Shown here one piece after another: positions 31,994-41,769 of a DNA stretch of 49,779 nt. How positions within the stretch are numbered: position 1 is the stretch's first letter; each line of letters begins with the position of its first letter. The notes below the pieces were generated by a model that did not search any database, was not told the origin of the DNA, and saw nothing but the letters and a program-made list of their open reading frames with translations. The stretch comes from Nitrospinota bacterium (lineage in GTDB: Bacteria > UBA8248), in assembly GCA_030754595.1 (NCBI GenBank), contig JASLZZ010000122.1, positions 1 through 49,779 of the forward strand, written 5' to 3'. Made by a program: the position numbers and the translations under genes.

Positions 31994-33118
31994 TCAGGCC
32001 ACCCAGCCTCCGCCGTGCATGATGTCGCCGTGTGCAGCATCGCCGTCGTAAAAAACGGCGGCCTGGCCCGGCGGCACGGCCCCGAGCGCGGCGGGGTCCT
32101 CGGGAAAAACCTCGGCCGCGCCGCCATCCGACAGCACCACCCGGCAGGGGACCGCTCGCTGGCGGCTCCGCACCTGGACCGACAGGCGCTTTTCAGGGGC
32201 ATCGAACGGAATCGACCAGCGAAGCCGCTCCGCCCGGAAGCTCTCGCGCTCGAGCTCGCACCGCTCCCCCACCACCACCGTCGCCGTATCGGCCTCGAGG
32301 CCGATCACGTAGCGCGGCTCGCCGCCCCCCAGCCGCAGCCCCCGCCGCTGGCCCACCGTGAAATGGCTGACGCCGGGATGGCTGCCGAGGCGGTTGCCCT
32401 CGCGGTCCACAATCTCGCCGGGCCGGTCGATGTCCGGCGCCTCGGCCTCGAGGAAAAGGCGGTAGTCGTTTTCGGGGACGAAACAGACCTCCTGGCTCTC
32501 GGGCTTGTCGGCGGTGGAAAGGTCGAGGCCGCGCGCGACCTCGCGGGTGCGCTCTTTTTCGTATTCGCCGATGGGAAACAGGGTGTGCGCGAGCTGCGCC
32601 TGGCTCATCCCGAAAAGAAAATAGGTCTGGTCCTTCTCCCGGTCGGCGCTCCGGGCCAGCGTCAGCCGGTCCCCCGCCTCCACCACGCGGGCGTAGTGGC
32701 CCGTCGCCAGCCGCGCCGCGCCAAAACCCTTCGCCCGCTCGGCGAGATAATCGAACTTGACCACCTGGTTGCAGGCGATGCAGGGAACCGGCGTGCGCCC
32801 CCGGGCGTACTCCCCGATAAAATTATCGATCACCGCCTCGCGGAACGACTCGCGCACGTCCATCACATAAAACGGAATATCGAGCCTTGAGGCGACGGCC
32901 CGCGCGTCGGCCAGATCGCGCGGCGCGCAGCAGCCCCGGTGAAACGACTCGGACGGAGGCAGGTCGGTGAGGCGCAGCCCCACCCCGACCACATCGCGGC
33001 CCTCCTCCTTGAGCAGCGCGGCGGCGACCGAACTGTCCACCCCCCCGCTCATCGCGACAACGATTTTTTCTTCCAAAACCCTCTCCAAAAATCTATCAGA
33101 CCGCCAAGCCGGAAACAA
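31994..33118 (-). CDS. mnmA: tRNA 2-thiouridine(34) synthase (start uncertain, possibly about 33079)
   Basis: AMSGGVDSSV, GCC, TPVPCIACN, ATGHYAR, KDQTYFL, ESQEVCF, TVGQRRGL, PGQAAVFY. Confidence 0.96.
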   Translation of the reverse strand: MFPAWRSDRFLERVLEEKIVVAMSGGVDSSVAAALLKEEGRDVVGVGLRLTDLPPSESFHRGCCAPRDLADARAVASRLDIPFYVMDVRESFREAVIDNFIGEYARGRTPVPCIACNQVVKFDYLAERAKGFGAARLATGHYARVVEAGDRLTLARSADREKDQTYFLFGMSQAQLAHTLFPIGEYEKERTREVARGLDLSTADKPESQEVCFVPENDYRLFLEAEAPDIDRPGEIVDREGNRLGSHPGVSHFTVGQRRGLRLGGGEPRYVIGLEADTATVVVGERCELERESFRAERLRWSIPFDAPEKRLSVQVRSRQRAVPCRVVLSDGGAAEVFPEDPAALGAVPPGQAAVFYDGDAAHGDIMHGGGWVA

Positions 33119-33149
33119 AAAAGCCCCGGCGCGCGGCGGGGCTCTTTAT
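33117..33149. terminator. Terminator-like hairpin
   Basis: A6-GCCCCG-loop-CGGGGCT-CTTT. Confidence 0.45.
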
Positions 33150-33212
33150 AACCCAGAGCGGCGGTCCGCTCTAGGAACGTCTACGCCCGCCCCTCAGGGC
33201 GCCAGCAGCGGC

Positions 33213-33289
33213 ATGAGCGCGGTGCAGTCTGGTAGTGTAATTGACTGGGAGTCACGGGGTCGATGGTTCAAGTCCTCGCGCCCCGACCA
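33213..33289 (+). pseudogene. Degenerate tRNA-Pro(GGG)
   Basis: 77 nt with CAGTCTGGTAG D-loop, CT-GGG anticodon at 33247-33249, GGTTCAAGTCC T-loop and a CGCCCCGACCA end. Acceptor, anticodon and T stems each have 2-3 mismatches. Confidence 0.75.
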
Positions 33290-33516
33290 TTAAAAACAAC
33301 AGGTTACGGGTTGTGCTGGGCCCGTTATTTTTTTTAAGGTAAGTACAAGATAAGCATCAATACATCCCCCCCTCCGCTCAAAACTCTGAAACCGAAAACC
33401 AAATCTGATTGTAAGGGCGACTCGAATTTTCGCTTCTTATTTGTTAGCTAGCCAAAATACTTGCTATCTTCACATAAAATAATTGCTATTTTAACAAGAA
33501 AATCCGTATTGTAGAT

Positions 33517-33909
33517 ATGGAAAGGTTACCGAAGCGAGAAGCGAGGGAGTTGGCAGACAGGTTATTCAAGGACGGCGCCTATCGGCCCACGGATCATATG
33601 TATGAGATGGGCAATGAGCGCGATATCGATCTCCTTGACGTTGGCCATTGCCTTGAAAATGGAGAAATTTTTGATGAACCGGCCTTCGATAAGCCGCACA
33701 AAGAGTGGCGCTACACAATTCGGGGGCCGGATATCGATGGTGAGGAAATCTCGGTAATCGTATCGTTTGAGGAATTTGAAGGTGAAACCGTCGTGATTAT
33801 CACCGTAAAAAGAAAGGGAAAAAGAACCTACGCTGTTTGGGTACATCATTGGAGGGAGGCCCGAGGATGGCAATTAAATGCCGGGAATGCGGAGAGGAAG
33901 CCAAACTGA
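33517..33909 (+). CDS. DUF4258-domain protein, putative type II toxin
   Basis: TDHM...ERDI...DV...LENG...WRYTIRG...VIITV pattern. Confidence 0.75.
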   Translation: MERLPKREARELADRLFKDGAYRPTDHMYEMGNERDIDLLDVGHCLENGEIFDEPAFDKPHKEWRYTIRGPDIDGEEISVIVSFEEFEGETVVIITVKRKGKRTYAVWVHHWREARGWQLNAGNAERKPN

Positions 33910-34367
33910 TTAAAGGTAAATATCATTGGAAGGAAGTTGGTCTCGATAACGTCTATCTCGAAGGGGAAGGCGTGAAGCAGTGGGAGTGCGCCAATGGGCA
34001 TAAGACCGTCCAGATAAATGCCGTGGGGCATTTGCTCAAGGTGCTTGCCGGGGCCGTAGCGAAGAAACTGGATCGCTTAACCGGAAAGGAAGTCCGGTTC
34101 CTGCGGAAGTCCATTAAAATGCGGGCAAATAAAATGGCAGCCCTGCTCGGAATGCGGCCCGAGTCATACTCGAAGATCGAAAATGGCCACGATGAAGTCG
34201 GAAGCCGCGTCGATCGGATGGTTCGCCTTGTCTACCGCGACCCGGAGGATGTCGAGGCTATCCTTATGGCTCTGACGGATGTACAGAAAGATACGGAAGG
34301 GTCCTGGGATATGACTGCCCCACTTGCTGGGCAGGGGGAGCCGGTTGCGGCCTACGCGGTTGCTTGA
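33867..34367 (+). CDS. MqsA-like antitoxin (zinc ribbon plus XRE HTH)
   Basis: CRECG...GLDNVYL...ECANGH; LTGKEVRFLRK...AALLG....YSKIENG. Confidence 0.8.
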   Translation: MAIKCRECGEEAKLIKGKYHWKEVGLDNVYLEGEGVKQWECANGHKTVQINAVGHLLKVLAGAVAKKLDRLTGKEVRFLRKSIKMRANKMAALLGMRPESYSKIENGHDEVGSRVDRMVRLVYRDPEDVEAILMALTDVQKDTEGSWDMTAPLAGQGEPVAAYAVA

Positions 34368-34510
34368 AAACTTGAGACACAGTGCCTGAAATTCGGCCTG
34401 GGGCACGGGGCTTGTTTCACCCCTTAGTGTAGAGTCCGTAGTCCCAGCAACCTTGCAGACGTTTCCTGCGAGGCAAAGGGAAAAGAGGATGAGTTGGCGG
34501 AGGAATTCTC

Positions 34511-35524
34511 TTGGCGTCTGGCCCCAGAAGGCATCACTATCCTCCACGTTTTTACTTGAACGGTTTTTCACGCGACGACCTTCTTTGGATTTGTGACTGC
34601 GAATTAAACGAAATTAGACAGCAAACCCCTATAAATACTGCCGTCGAGAGAGATTATTACTCCATAGAGGATGAGGACGGAAACAGAAACAATGCTGTCG
34701 AGGAGTATCTTTCTACAGTTGAAGATAAAGCCAGAACTGCTATCCAAAGGCTTGAAGCAGGAGAAAATCTCAACGACGACCTAAGAACTCACCTTTCCAT
34801 CTTCATGGCCCTTCTGCTCACTCGAACGCCAGTATTCGAGGGCGTTTTTAACGAGCATACTCAGGGCAAGCTCCGGACTCTTTTAAAAGAAATGCTCTCA
34901 GATACAGAAAAAGCGAAAATACACTTTCAGGATTTTGCCAAAAAAACCGGAGAGGAATTGCCGGTCACTCCTGAAAAGTTGGTGGAATTTGTTTCCGACG
35001 ACAAGAATTACGAAATCGATATTCACCCCGTTGCGAGAATACACTCAATGTTGGCAGCTGTGGATTCAATACATCTTAAATTTTTTGAACTTCGATGGAA
35101 TATCCTTCACGCGCAGAGAGATACTTCCTTTCTTTGTTCGAACAACCCCTGCGTTATTTTGTTTCATCCAAGAGATACTCCTGGTAAAAATGCACCGATT
35201 CACGGAACTATAAAGGGCATGAACAATCCGGGCGGTCGAGTCTTGACCCCCCTTAGCCAAAAAATCGCTCTGCTGATGCTTCAATCCGGAGATTACTTAA
35301 GACATAGACGGTATCCGGTCATGGGAGTACGAAGCGCGAACTTGGGCATGAGTATGGGATTTCGCAGATTTCTAATTGCGAGAGATGAGGCATTGTTACG
35401 ATCCGTGCTTAAAAAACAAAAATACGTCAAGGATAATTTGCATTCACAGGCAGGAGAGGATGGGTGGACGGCATACAAGGCCTTAAAAGACATCATTTCT
35501 GCCCTTAAGTGGGGTTTGAGGTAA
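34511..35524 (+). CDS. DUF4238-domain protein
   Basis: RRHHYPPRFYLNGF N-terminal motif, DYYS, LLTRTP, FLCSNNP; low GC. Confidence 0.8.
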   Translation: MASGPRRHHYPPRFYLNGFSRDDLLWICDCELNEIRQQTPINTAVERDYYSIEDEDGNRNNAVEEYLSTVEDKARTAIQRLEAGENLNDDLRTHLSIFMALLLTRTPVFEGVFNEHTQGKLRTLLKEMLSDTEKAKIHFQDFAKKTGEELPVTPEKLVEFVSDDKNYEIDIHPVARIHSMLAAVDSIHLKFFELRWNILHAQRDTSFLCSNNPCVILFHPRDTPGKNAPIHGTIKGMNNPGGRVLTPLSQKIALLMLQSGDYLRHRRYPVMGVRSANLGMSMGFRRFLIARDEALLRSVLKKQKYVKDNLHSQAGEDGWTAYKALKDIISALKWGLR

Positions 35525-35621
35525 GGAATACAAGAAGAGGTTGTTGAAAGTCGCATCGGTAGTATTGACCTTCTTTACGGCTTCACCTGTTGCACGGCTC
35601 GTCCTCGTCCATCGGACACCC

Positions 35622-37010
35622 TCAGGGCGCGAGCAGCGGCATTAACTCTCCGACGTCGGTGGCGGCCTCCATCCCCCGCCAGCCCTCCCAGGCCGCCCGG
35701 GCCCGCTGTTCCGAGAGCAGGACGCCGGCGCACTCCAGAAACTTTTCGCGGAACTCGGCCTCGGGGATCGGGTTGTCGATGTGGCCCCGCGCGATCTCGC
35801 CGATGGCCGCGACCTCGCGCCCGTCCCTCAAACGGACCCAGACCGCCGTCCGTTCGCTCTCGGGGTCCTCGGCGGCCAGCTCCGGGTCGAGTTCGAACTC
35901 GACCCGATCCTGAAGCGCCCGCACCTCGGGCCGGGCGACCCGGTCCTCCTCGAACTGCGCGATTCCCACCTTGCCGTCGAGGACGGCGGACGAGAGGCAA
36001 AACGGCATCGAGAACTTCCCCTCGAGGCCGGTCGTGGCTTTTTGGTAGCGGAGCACCTTGAGGGTCATCGCCGAGGCCCGCGCGCCGAGCGTCTCGACCT
36101 CCTCCGGGCGGATGCCCTCGCGCTCGCAGAGATCGAGCATGGCGTCGATGCCCGGATGCGTCATCGCGCAGCAGGGGTGGATCTTGACGCAGACCCCCGC
36201 CTCGATGTCCCAGGGCTCGCCCCAACCCGAAACCGCCGCCTCCCAGCCGGCGAAGTTCTCAACGCCGGGGCCGATGCCCTCGGCGGCCATCGCGCCGGCG
36301 TAGCCCGTCTCAAGAGCATCATAGGCGGCGGTGAAACCCATCTCGGCCAGACGCGCGGCGACGAGCCCCGCCCGGGCGGCCTGCCCGGCGTGAAAGGGCT
36401 TGGTCATGGTGCCGAAGTTGCACACCAGCCCCGCCGCCTCGCTCGCGGCGAGGGCGAGGGCGTTCGCGGTCTCCTTGGCGCCCAGGCCCATCAGGTGGGC
36501 GCACGCGCCCGCCGCGCCGACCGACCCAAGGGTGGAGGTGGCGTGAAACCCCCGGCGGTAGTGGTTGGGCAAAAGCGCCCGGCCCAGGGTGTGAAGAAGC
36601 TCGAAACCCACTGCGTAGGAAGCGAGCACCGCCGTGCCACTCAACCGGCGCTCCTCGGCGAGGGCGATGAGTGCGGAGACGAGGGTGACGCTCGGGTGGC
36701 CGGTCATCACGAAGTCCACGTCGTCGAAATCGAGGGCGTGGCCGGCGACCCCGTTGACGAAGGTGGCCCAGCTGGCCGAGGTCCGCCCGCCGCCGCCGAG
36801 GACCGTCGCGGCCTCGCCGCCGCCCTCCTCGCGGGCGAGGCGAAGGGCAAGGCGGGCGCTCTCGTCGGGCATCCCGGCGAGCGTGACCCCTAGGGTGTCC
36901 ACCACCGCCTCTCGGGCGCGGGCGAGCGCGGCCGGGCCGATGTCGCGGGCCCCGGCTATCCGCCGGGCAAGCTCGCGGGTGGCGGGCCAGGGACGCTGAC
37001 TGTTGTTCAC
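35622..37010 (-). CDS. MmgE/PrpD family protein (second, divergent copy)
   Basis: HALDFDD, GHPS, GFHATS, FGTMTKPFHAG, KIHPCC, EGKFS. Confidence 0.93.
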   Translation of the reverse strand: MNNSQRPWPATRELARRIAGARDIGPAALARAREAVVDTLGVTLAGMPDESARLALRLAREEGGGEAATVLGGGGRTSASWATFVNGVAGHALDFDDVDFVMTGHPSVTLVSALIALAEERRLSGTAVLASYAVGFELLHTLGRALLPNHYRRGFHATSTLGSVGAAGACAHLMGLGAKETANALALAASEAAGLVCNFGTMTKPFHAGQAARAGLVAARLAEMGFTAAYDALETGYAGAMAAEGIGPGVENFAGWEAAVSGWGEPWDIEAGVCVKIHPCCAMTHPGIDAMLDLCEREGIRPEEVETLGARASAMTLKVLRYQKATTGLEGKFSMPFCLSSAVLDGKVGIAQFEEDRVARPEVRALQDRVEFELDPELAAEDPESERTAVWVRLRDGREVAAIGEIARGHIDNPIPEAEFREKFLECAGVLLSEQRARAAWEGWRGMEAATDVGELMPLLAP

Positions 37011-37223
37011 CGGAAAATCCTCCCCTCAAGGGTCCATGATAACTGCTATTGGGTAATTTTTCGGTCCGGAGAAATTTTTCGGTCCGGAAAGTCACGCTTC
37101 GGGACTTTTTCGGGAGCCTCATAAAATTCTACCGGAGGCCCCCGCGGATCAAAAGCGGCCCTTGCAGGGTGGCGCCCTGGCCGGGCGGCACGCTCGCATG
37201 GTGGCGCGCTGGCCGGGCGGCGC

Positions 37224-37252
37224 AAAAAAGCGGGGCCCTCGCCGGGCCCCGC
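37224..37252 (-). terminator. Intrinsic terminator downstream of leuA
   Basis: GCGGGGCCC/GGGCCCCGC 9-bp stem followed by T6 on the minus strand. Confidence 0.7.
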
Positions 37253-37277
37253 CGGTGTTTCTTTCGCTCAAATTCGC

Positions 37278-38918
37278 TCAAACGCCGCGCAGGCTCTCGG
37301 GCGGCTTTTTCCCTTTTCGGGATTTCGGCGCTTTTTTCTTCATCTCCTGGGTCAGCTTGTATTTGTTGACGGCGGCGACGAAGGCCTTGGCCGCGGCCTC
37401 GACGGTGTCGGGGCTCGTCGAGTGGCCCGCCATCTGGGAGCCGTCCTCGAACTCGACGAGAAGGTTCACCTCGGCCAGCGCGTCGCGCCCCTGCGTGACG
37501 GAATTGACCGAAAAATCGACGAGGCGGCTCCGGTTGCCGACGATGAGGTTGATGGCGGCGAGAACGGCGTCCACCGGGCCGTTCCCCTTGCCCACCTTGC
37601 TCTGGACCTCCTCCCCCTCCCGGAGGTGGACGGTGGCCATCGAGCCCGGCTTCGAGCCGGTCGAACTCGTCACCTGGAGCGCGTCGAGCTCGTAGTAGCT
37701 CTCGCCACCCCCGGCGCGATTCTCCTGAAGCAGGGCGATGAGATCCTCGTCGTAGATCTCTTTTTTCCGGTCGGCGAGCTCGATGAAGCGCAGATAGATG
37801 GCCGAGATAGCGTCGCGGTTCATCTTGAAGCCGAGCTGCTCGTAGCGCTGGCGCAGCCCGGCGCGGCCAGAGTGCTTCCCGAGCACGAGCGTATTCGAGG
37901 GCCGGCCCACCGACTGGGGCGTCATGATCTCGTAGGTGATAGCCTTCGAGATGACGCCGTGCTGGTGGATGCCAGCCTCGTGGGCGAAGGCGTTCTTGCC
38001 GACGATGGCTTTGTTCTGCTGGACGGGCACGCCGGTCATCGAGGTGAGCAGGCGGCTCGTCGGATAGATCTCCTTGCTCTTGACACCGGATTTGAAGTCG
38101 AGGATGTCGCGGCGCGTATGAAGGGCCATGACAAATTCCTCGAGCGAGGCGTTGCCGGCCCGCTCGCCGATGCCGTTGATCGTGCACTCCACCTGCCGCA
38201 CCCCGCACTCGACGGCGACGATGCTGTTGGCGATAGCGAGGCCCAGATCGTTGTGGCAGTGGGCGCTGAAGATCACCCCTTCGTAGGCGGGGATTTTCTC
38301 GAAAATATTCTCCCAGAACCGTTGAAACTCGGTCGGGACGGTGTAGCCCACCGTGTCGGGGAGGTTGATCGTCGTGGCGCCCTCGGCAATGGCGATCTTC
38401 ACCGACTCGACGAGGAAGTCCCAGTCCGACCGGGTGGCGTCCTCGGCGCTCCACTCCACGTCCTTGCACAATTTCCGGGCGTGGCGGACCGAGGCGGCCA
38501 CTTCCTTCAAAAGTTCCGACCGGTTCATCTTGAGTTTGTACTTGAGGTGAATGTCGCTCGTGGCGATGAAGGTGTGGATCCGCGGCTTCTTGGCGTGGCG
38601 CACCGCCTCCCAGCAGCGATCGATGTCCTCCCGCGCCGAGCGCGAGAGCCCGGCGACGGTGGATTTTTTCACCGCCTTGGCGACATCGCGCACCGCCTCG
38701 AACTCATCGTTCGAGGCGATCGGAAAACCGGCCTCGATAATGTCCACCCCCAGCTTTTCGAGCTGGAGGCCGAGCTGGACCTTCTGGAAACGATCCATCG
38801 CGCAGCCCGGCGACTGCTCGCCGTCGCGGAGGGTGGTGTCGAATATTTGAATTTTGTCTTCGGATTTCGACGCGCCCCGGGGGGCGGATTTTGATTTCGC
38901 TGATTTTTTCGCTGGCAT
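37278..38918 (-). CDS. leuA: 2-isopropylmalate synthase
   Basis: FDTTLRDGEQSPG, HCHNDLGLA, GIGERAGN, HEAGIHQ, LGKHSGR, GNGPVDA regulatory domain. Confidence 0.96.
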   Translation of the reverse strand: MPAKKSAKSKSAPRGASKSEDKIQIFDTTLRDGEQSPGCAMDRFQKVQLGLQLEKLGVDIIEAGFPIASNDEFEAVRDVAKAVKKSTVAGLSRSAREDIDRCWEAVRHAKKPRIHTFIATSDIHLKYKLKMNRSELLKEVAASVRHARKLCKDVEWSAEDATRSDWDFLVESVKIAIAEGATTINLPDTVGYTVPTEFQRFWENIFEKIPAYEGVIFSAHCHNDLGLAIANSIVAVECGVRQVECTINGIGERAGNASLEEFVMALHTRRDILDFKSGVKSKEIYPTSRLLTSMTGVPVQQNKAIVGKNAFAHEAGIHQHGVISKAITYEIMTPQSVGRPSNTLVLGKHSGRAGLRQRYEQLGFKMNRDAISAIYLRFIELADRKKEIYDEDLIALLQENRAGGGESYYELDALQVTSSTGSKPGSMATVHLREGEEVQSKVGKGNGPVDAVLAAINLIVGNRSRLVDFSVNSVTQGRDALAEVNLLVEFEDGSQMAGHSTSPDTVEAAAKAFVAAVNKYKLTQEMKKKAPKSRKGKKPPESLRGV

Positions 38919-39435
38919 GACGCTAAACTCCTCAGGAACGAAATTTATTAATGAGTCCCGTCCAGCCCCCCCCCTTTAAAAGCTAAAAGCGGCCCGCGGG
39001 CAAAACTTTCTTTTCGGCTCCTAAGGCGCCAGCGGCTGTTCGGGCGCACCGATCACGCCCGTGTTCCTCCTCTGAAACTTCGACATCGGGTGCCGCATTG
39101 CTCTACTCTTCAAGGCCTTGCTCCGTTTCTTTCGATATCGCAGGCCGGGCCTCCTTCCATCCCGTCCCCGGGATGGCCTCCCGCCAACCCGTTCAATAAC
39201 ATATCGGCAATTTTCGCCTCCGGGTCAAGTTCATATTCCCCAAAAACCGGATATTGGGGGGCTTCGGCCTGGTGGGCTTCGAGCGAGGAGCGAGAAGACC
39301 CCCGAGTGGAATGCGAGACGACTGCCGGGGCCGTTCTCCACTGGAATTGCCGCGATACGGAGGGAAATTGCGTGAAAATTCGCTTGGGGGCGCGGATCGA
39401 TATTTTCGCCCTGGGGGGGGGGACGGCATCGGCGG

Positions 39436-40011
39436 TCAGCCCCCCCGGGCGGCCTTGAGCTCGGCCAGCTTTTCGGCCTGCTCAGGGTGGAGCTTCACTC
39501 CGAGGGCGCTGACGAGGCGGTTCATGTGGTTGAAGTAGCTGGTGACCATCACGACGTCGAGAATCTCCTCGTCGGCTAGCCCTGCGTCTCTAAGCGGGGC
39601 GAGATCGGCTTCCTCCATCCGGCTTAAGGAAAGGGTGAGTTTTTCGGCGTAGGCGAGGACCGCCCGCATTTTGGAATCGAGCCCCTCGAAATCGCCCGCC
39701 TCGAGACGCACCGGAAGGTCAATGTCTCCGCTCAGCCTCGCGAGCACCTGCCCGTGGGAGGTTTTTCAGTAATAACATCCGTTCACGCCCGAAACGCGGA
39801 CTGCGATCATTTCCTTTTCGACCCGGCTTAGCCCCGAATCGCCCTCCATGAGCGAGACGAACATCGACTGATTCGCCCGGAGGTGGTTTTCCCGAATGCT
39901 CATGATCGAGGTTGTGCTCGAGACGAACCCGCGCCTGTCTCGCGAGGCATCGAAGTAGCGCTTGAGTATTCCGCCCGCTTCGCCTTCTGGAACCGTCCTG
40001 ATCCAGGCCAT
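39436..40011 (-). CDS. AhpD/carboxymuconolactone-decarboxylase-like peroxidase-related selenoprotein (CYYU; TGA 39766-39768), 191 aa
   Basis: The two track ORFs are one frame: EMIAVRVSGVNGCYY-U-KTSHG...YAEKLT...FNHMNRL. The family motif is NxCxYCxxxH. Confidence 0.9.
39736..39761 (-). promoter_or_regulatory. Candidate bacterial SECIS of the AhpD-like gene
   Basis: CCUC-CCA-CGGGC-[AGGU]-GCUCG-C-GAGG; loop containing GGU at +17 after the UGA. Confidence 0.6.
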
Positions 40012-40068
40012 AAGAAGCTCCTTTCGAACCGGATTAATTAAATTATCAAAGAATAGAATTATCAGAGC

Positions 40069-40830
40069 CTACATCGCGTTCTGGCCGCCGTCCAAGACAA
40101 GCGCCGCGCCGGTCATGAAGCGCGAGGCGTCGGAGGCGAGAAAGACAACCGCACCCCCAATCTCCTCGGGGTTCCCGGCGCGGCCCATGGGGATGTGAGC
40201 CTTGATCATGCGCTCGCCGGCCTCGGAGGTGAACATTTCGTGGTTGATATCGGTGAGAAAATAACCCGGCGCCAGCGCGTTCAGGCGGACTCCGTGGCGG
40301 GCCCACTCGAGCGCCAGTGTTTTCGTGAGCTGGATGAGTCCTCCCTTGCTAGCCGAGTAGGCCGAGAGCATCTTGATGCCCACCATCCCGGCAACCGAGG
40401 CGACGTTGATGACCACCCCGCTCTTCCGCTCGATCATCCCCCGCCCCGCGGCCTGACACATCAAAAATGCCCCGCGCAGGTTCGTCGCCATCACGCGGTC
40501 CCACTCCTCTAGGGGAAGATCCGAGGCCCAGCCCGCCCCGCTGATGCCGCTGTTGTTCACCAATATATCGAGGGGCCCAAGGGCTCGCTCGGCCTCCGAG
40601 ACCGCAGCCCCAGCACTCTTAGGTTCGATCAGATCGAGTGAAACGACGGCGGCCCGCCGGCCCATGCTGCAAATTTCGCCGGCCACCTCCTCGAGTTTTT
40701 CGATCCTTCGGGCGGCCAGTGCGACATCGGCCCCAGCCTCGGCCAGCGCTAGCGCCAGCGCCCGGCCCAGACCCGTTCCGCCCCCAGTAACGAGGGCAGT
40801 TTTCCCACCGAGATCAAAATCCTTGAGCAC
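40069..40830 (-). CDS. SDR family oxidoreductase (KduD/gluconate 5-dehydrogenase-like)
   Basis: TGGGTGLG, LVNNSG, YSASK, APGYF.T. Confidence 0.92.
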   Translation of the reverse strand: MLKDFDLGGKTALVTGGGTGLGRALALALAEAGADVALAARRIEKLEEVAGEICSMGRRAAVVSLDLIEPKSAGAAVSEAERALGPLDILVNNSGISGAGWASDLPLEEWDRVMATNLRGAFLMCQAAGRGMIERKSGVVINVASVAGMVGIKMLSAYSASKGGLIQLTKTLALEWARHGVRLNALAPGYFLTDINHEMFTSEAGERMIKAHIPMGRAGNPEEIGGAVVFLASDASRFMTGAALVLDGGQNAM

Positions 40831-41138
40831 CTCAGGTCCCCTTCACCAAACCACAGCCAATGTTCAAATCCTGTGGAAAACTATGTGTCAACCCGCCCTA
40901 GCAGCCCTTAAATCCGCTACTTAAATCAACTTGCCTCATCAGGGGGCAACCAGATTAACATATTTATTATCAATTACTTACACTTAAATTTCGCCTATCC
41001 GAGCCTGTAGTCACCGTCTTGGATGCTGTTTTTACACAAGTTTTCCCATTTCTCCTTTTTAGGCCCCAAATATGGCGTTCGATACCGGAACCCACCACTA
41101 AATTTTGGGGTTGCCCGATTGCGCTCATCAATTTTCCC

Positions 41139-41750
41139 TTAGGTCCAAACCCTTTTTTCAACAATCGGGTCTTTTACTTCTGCTTCAAAAAATATTAGCG
41201 AGGTTCCCCCGTAATTAGCCCGACGGGCCACTCGGGCGCCTCCGGGCGCCTCGGGTAAGTCATCTCCCCCCCGGATCTCCGCCACCGCTACACGGCAAAG
41301 GGGCTCGGCCTCGAATAATCGGCTTAAAATTTTCCGCCGAAGCTCCCCTTCCGCCCAGGGAGGATCCACGAACGCCGCGTCAAATGGCGGCCCCTCCGGA
41401 CCGTCCACGCCGCCCTCACGGCGAAGGCGTGAAAGCTCAGTCAACGCCTCTCCGCAGCAAACCTCAAGCCCTTCGGCGAGATCTAGGCGTCCGGCCTCCT
41501 CCAGAATGTGGCTGCACCTGGCGGCATCCATCTCGATCGCCACGGCTCGCGCCGCCTCCCGGCTAAGAGCCTCGAGGGAAACCGCTCCACTCCCCGCACA
41601 CACATCGAGAAGCCGCCACCCGTCGAGGCGCTGCCTCCAGATATTAAACAGCGCCTCGCGAACCCTGTCACTCGTAGGGCGAACACCCTCCCCCGGCGGG
41701 GAAGCTAGCCGCCGTCCCCGGGCGACGCCGCCGATAATGCGAAGAGCCAT
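41139..41750 (-). CDS. rsmD: 16S rRNA m2G966 methyltransferase RsmD
   Basis: [25 protein letters not shown]...EALSR, DPPW. Confidence 0.92.
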   Translation of the reverse strand: MALRIIGGVARGRRLASPPGEGVRPTSDRVREALFNIWRQRLDGWRLLDVCAGSGAVSLEALSREAARAVAIEMDAARCSHILEEAGRLDLAEGLEVCCGEALTELSRLRREGGVDGPEGPPFDAAFVDPPWAEGELRRKILSRLFEAEPLCRVAVAEIRGGDDLPEAPGGARVARRANYGGTSLIFFEAEVKDPIVEKRVWT

Positions 41751-41769
41751 CCCACGCCGCCTCGTGCTC

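Noticed and set aside
38919..39435. Leu T-box or attenuator upstream of leuA
   Set aside because: Some stem-I-like words and hairpins are present, but there is no TGGnACC T-box motif, terminator or Leu-rich leader peptide; an Rfam scan would settle it.
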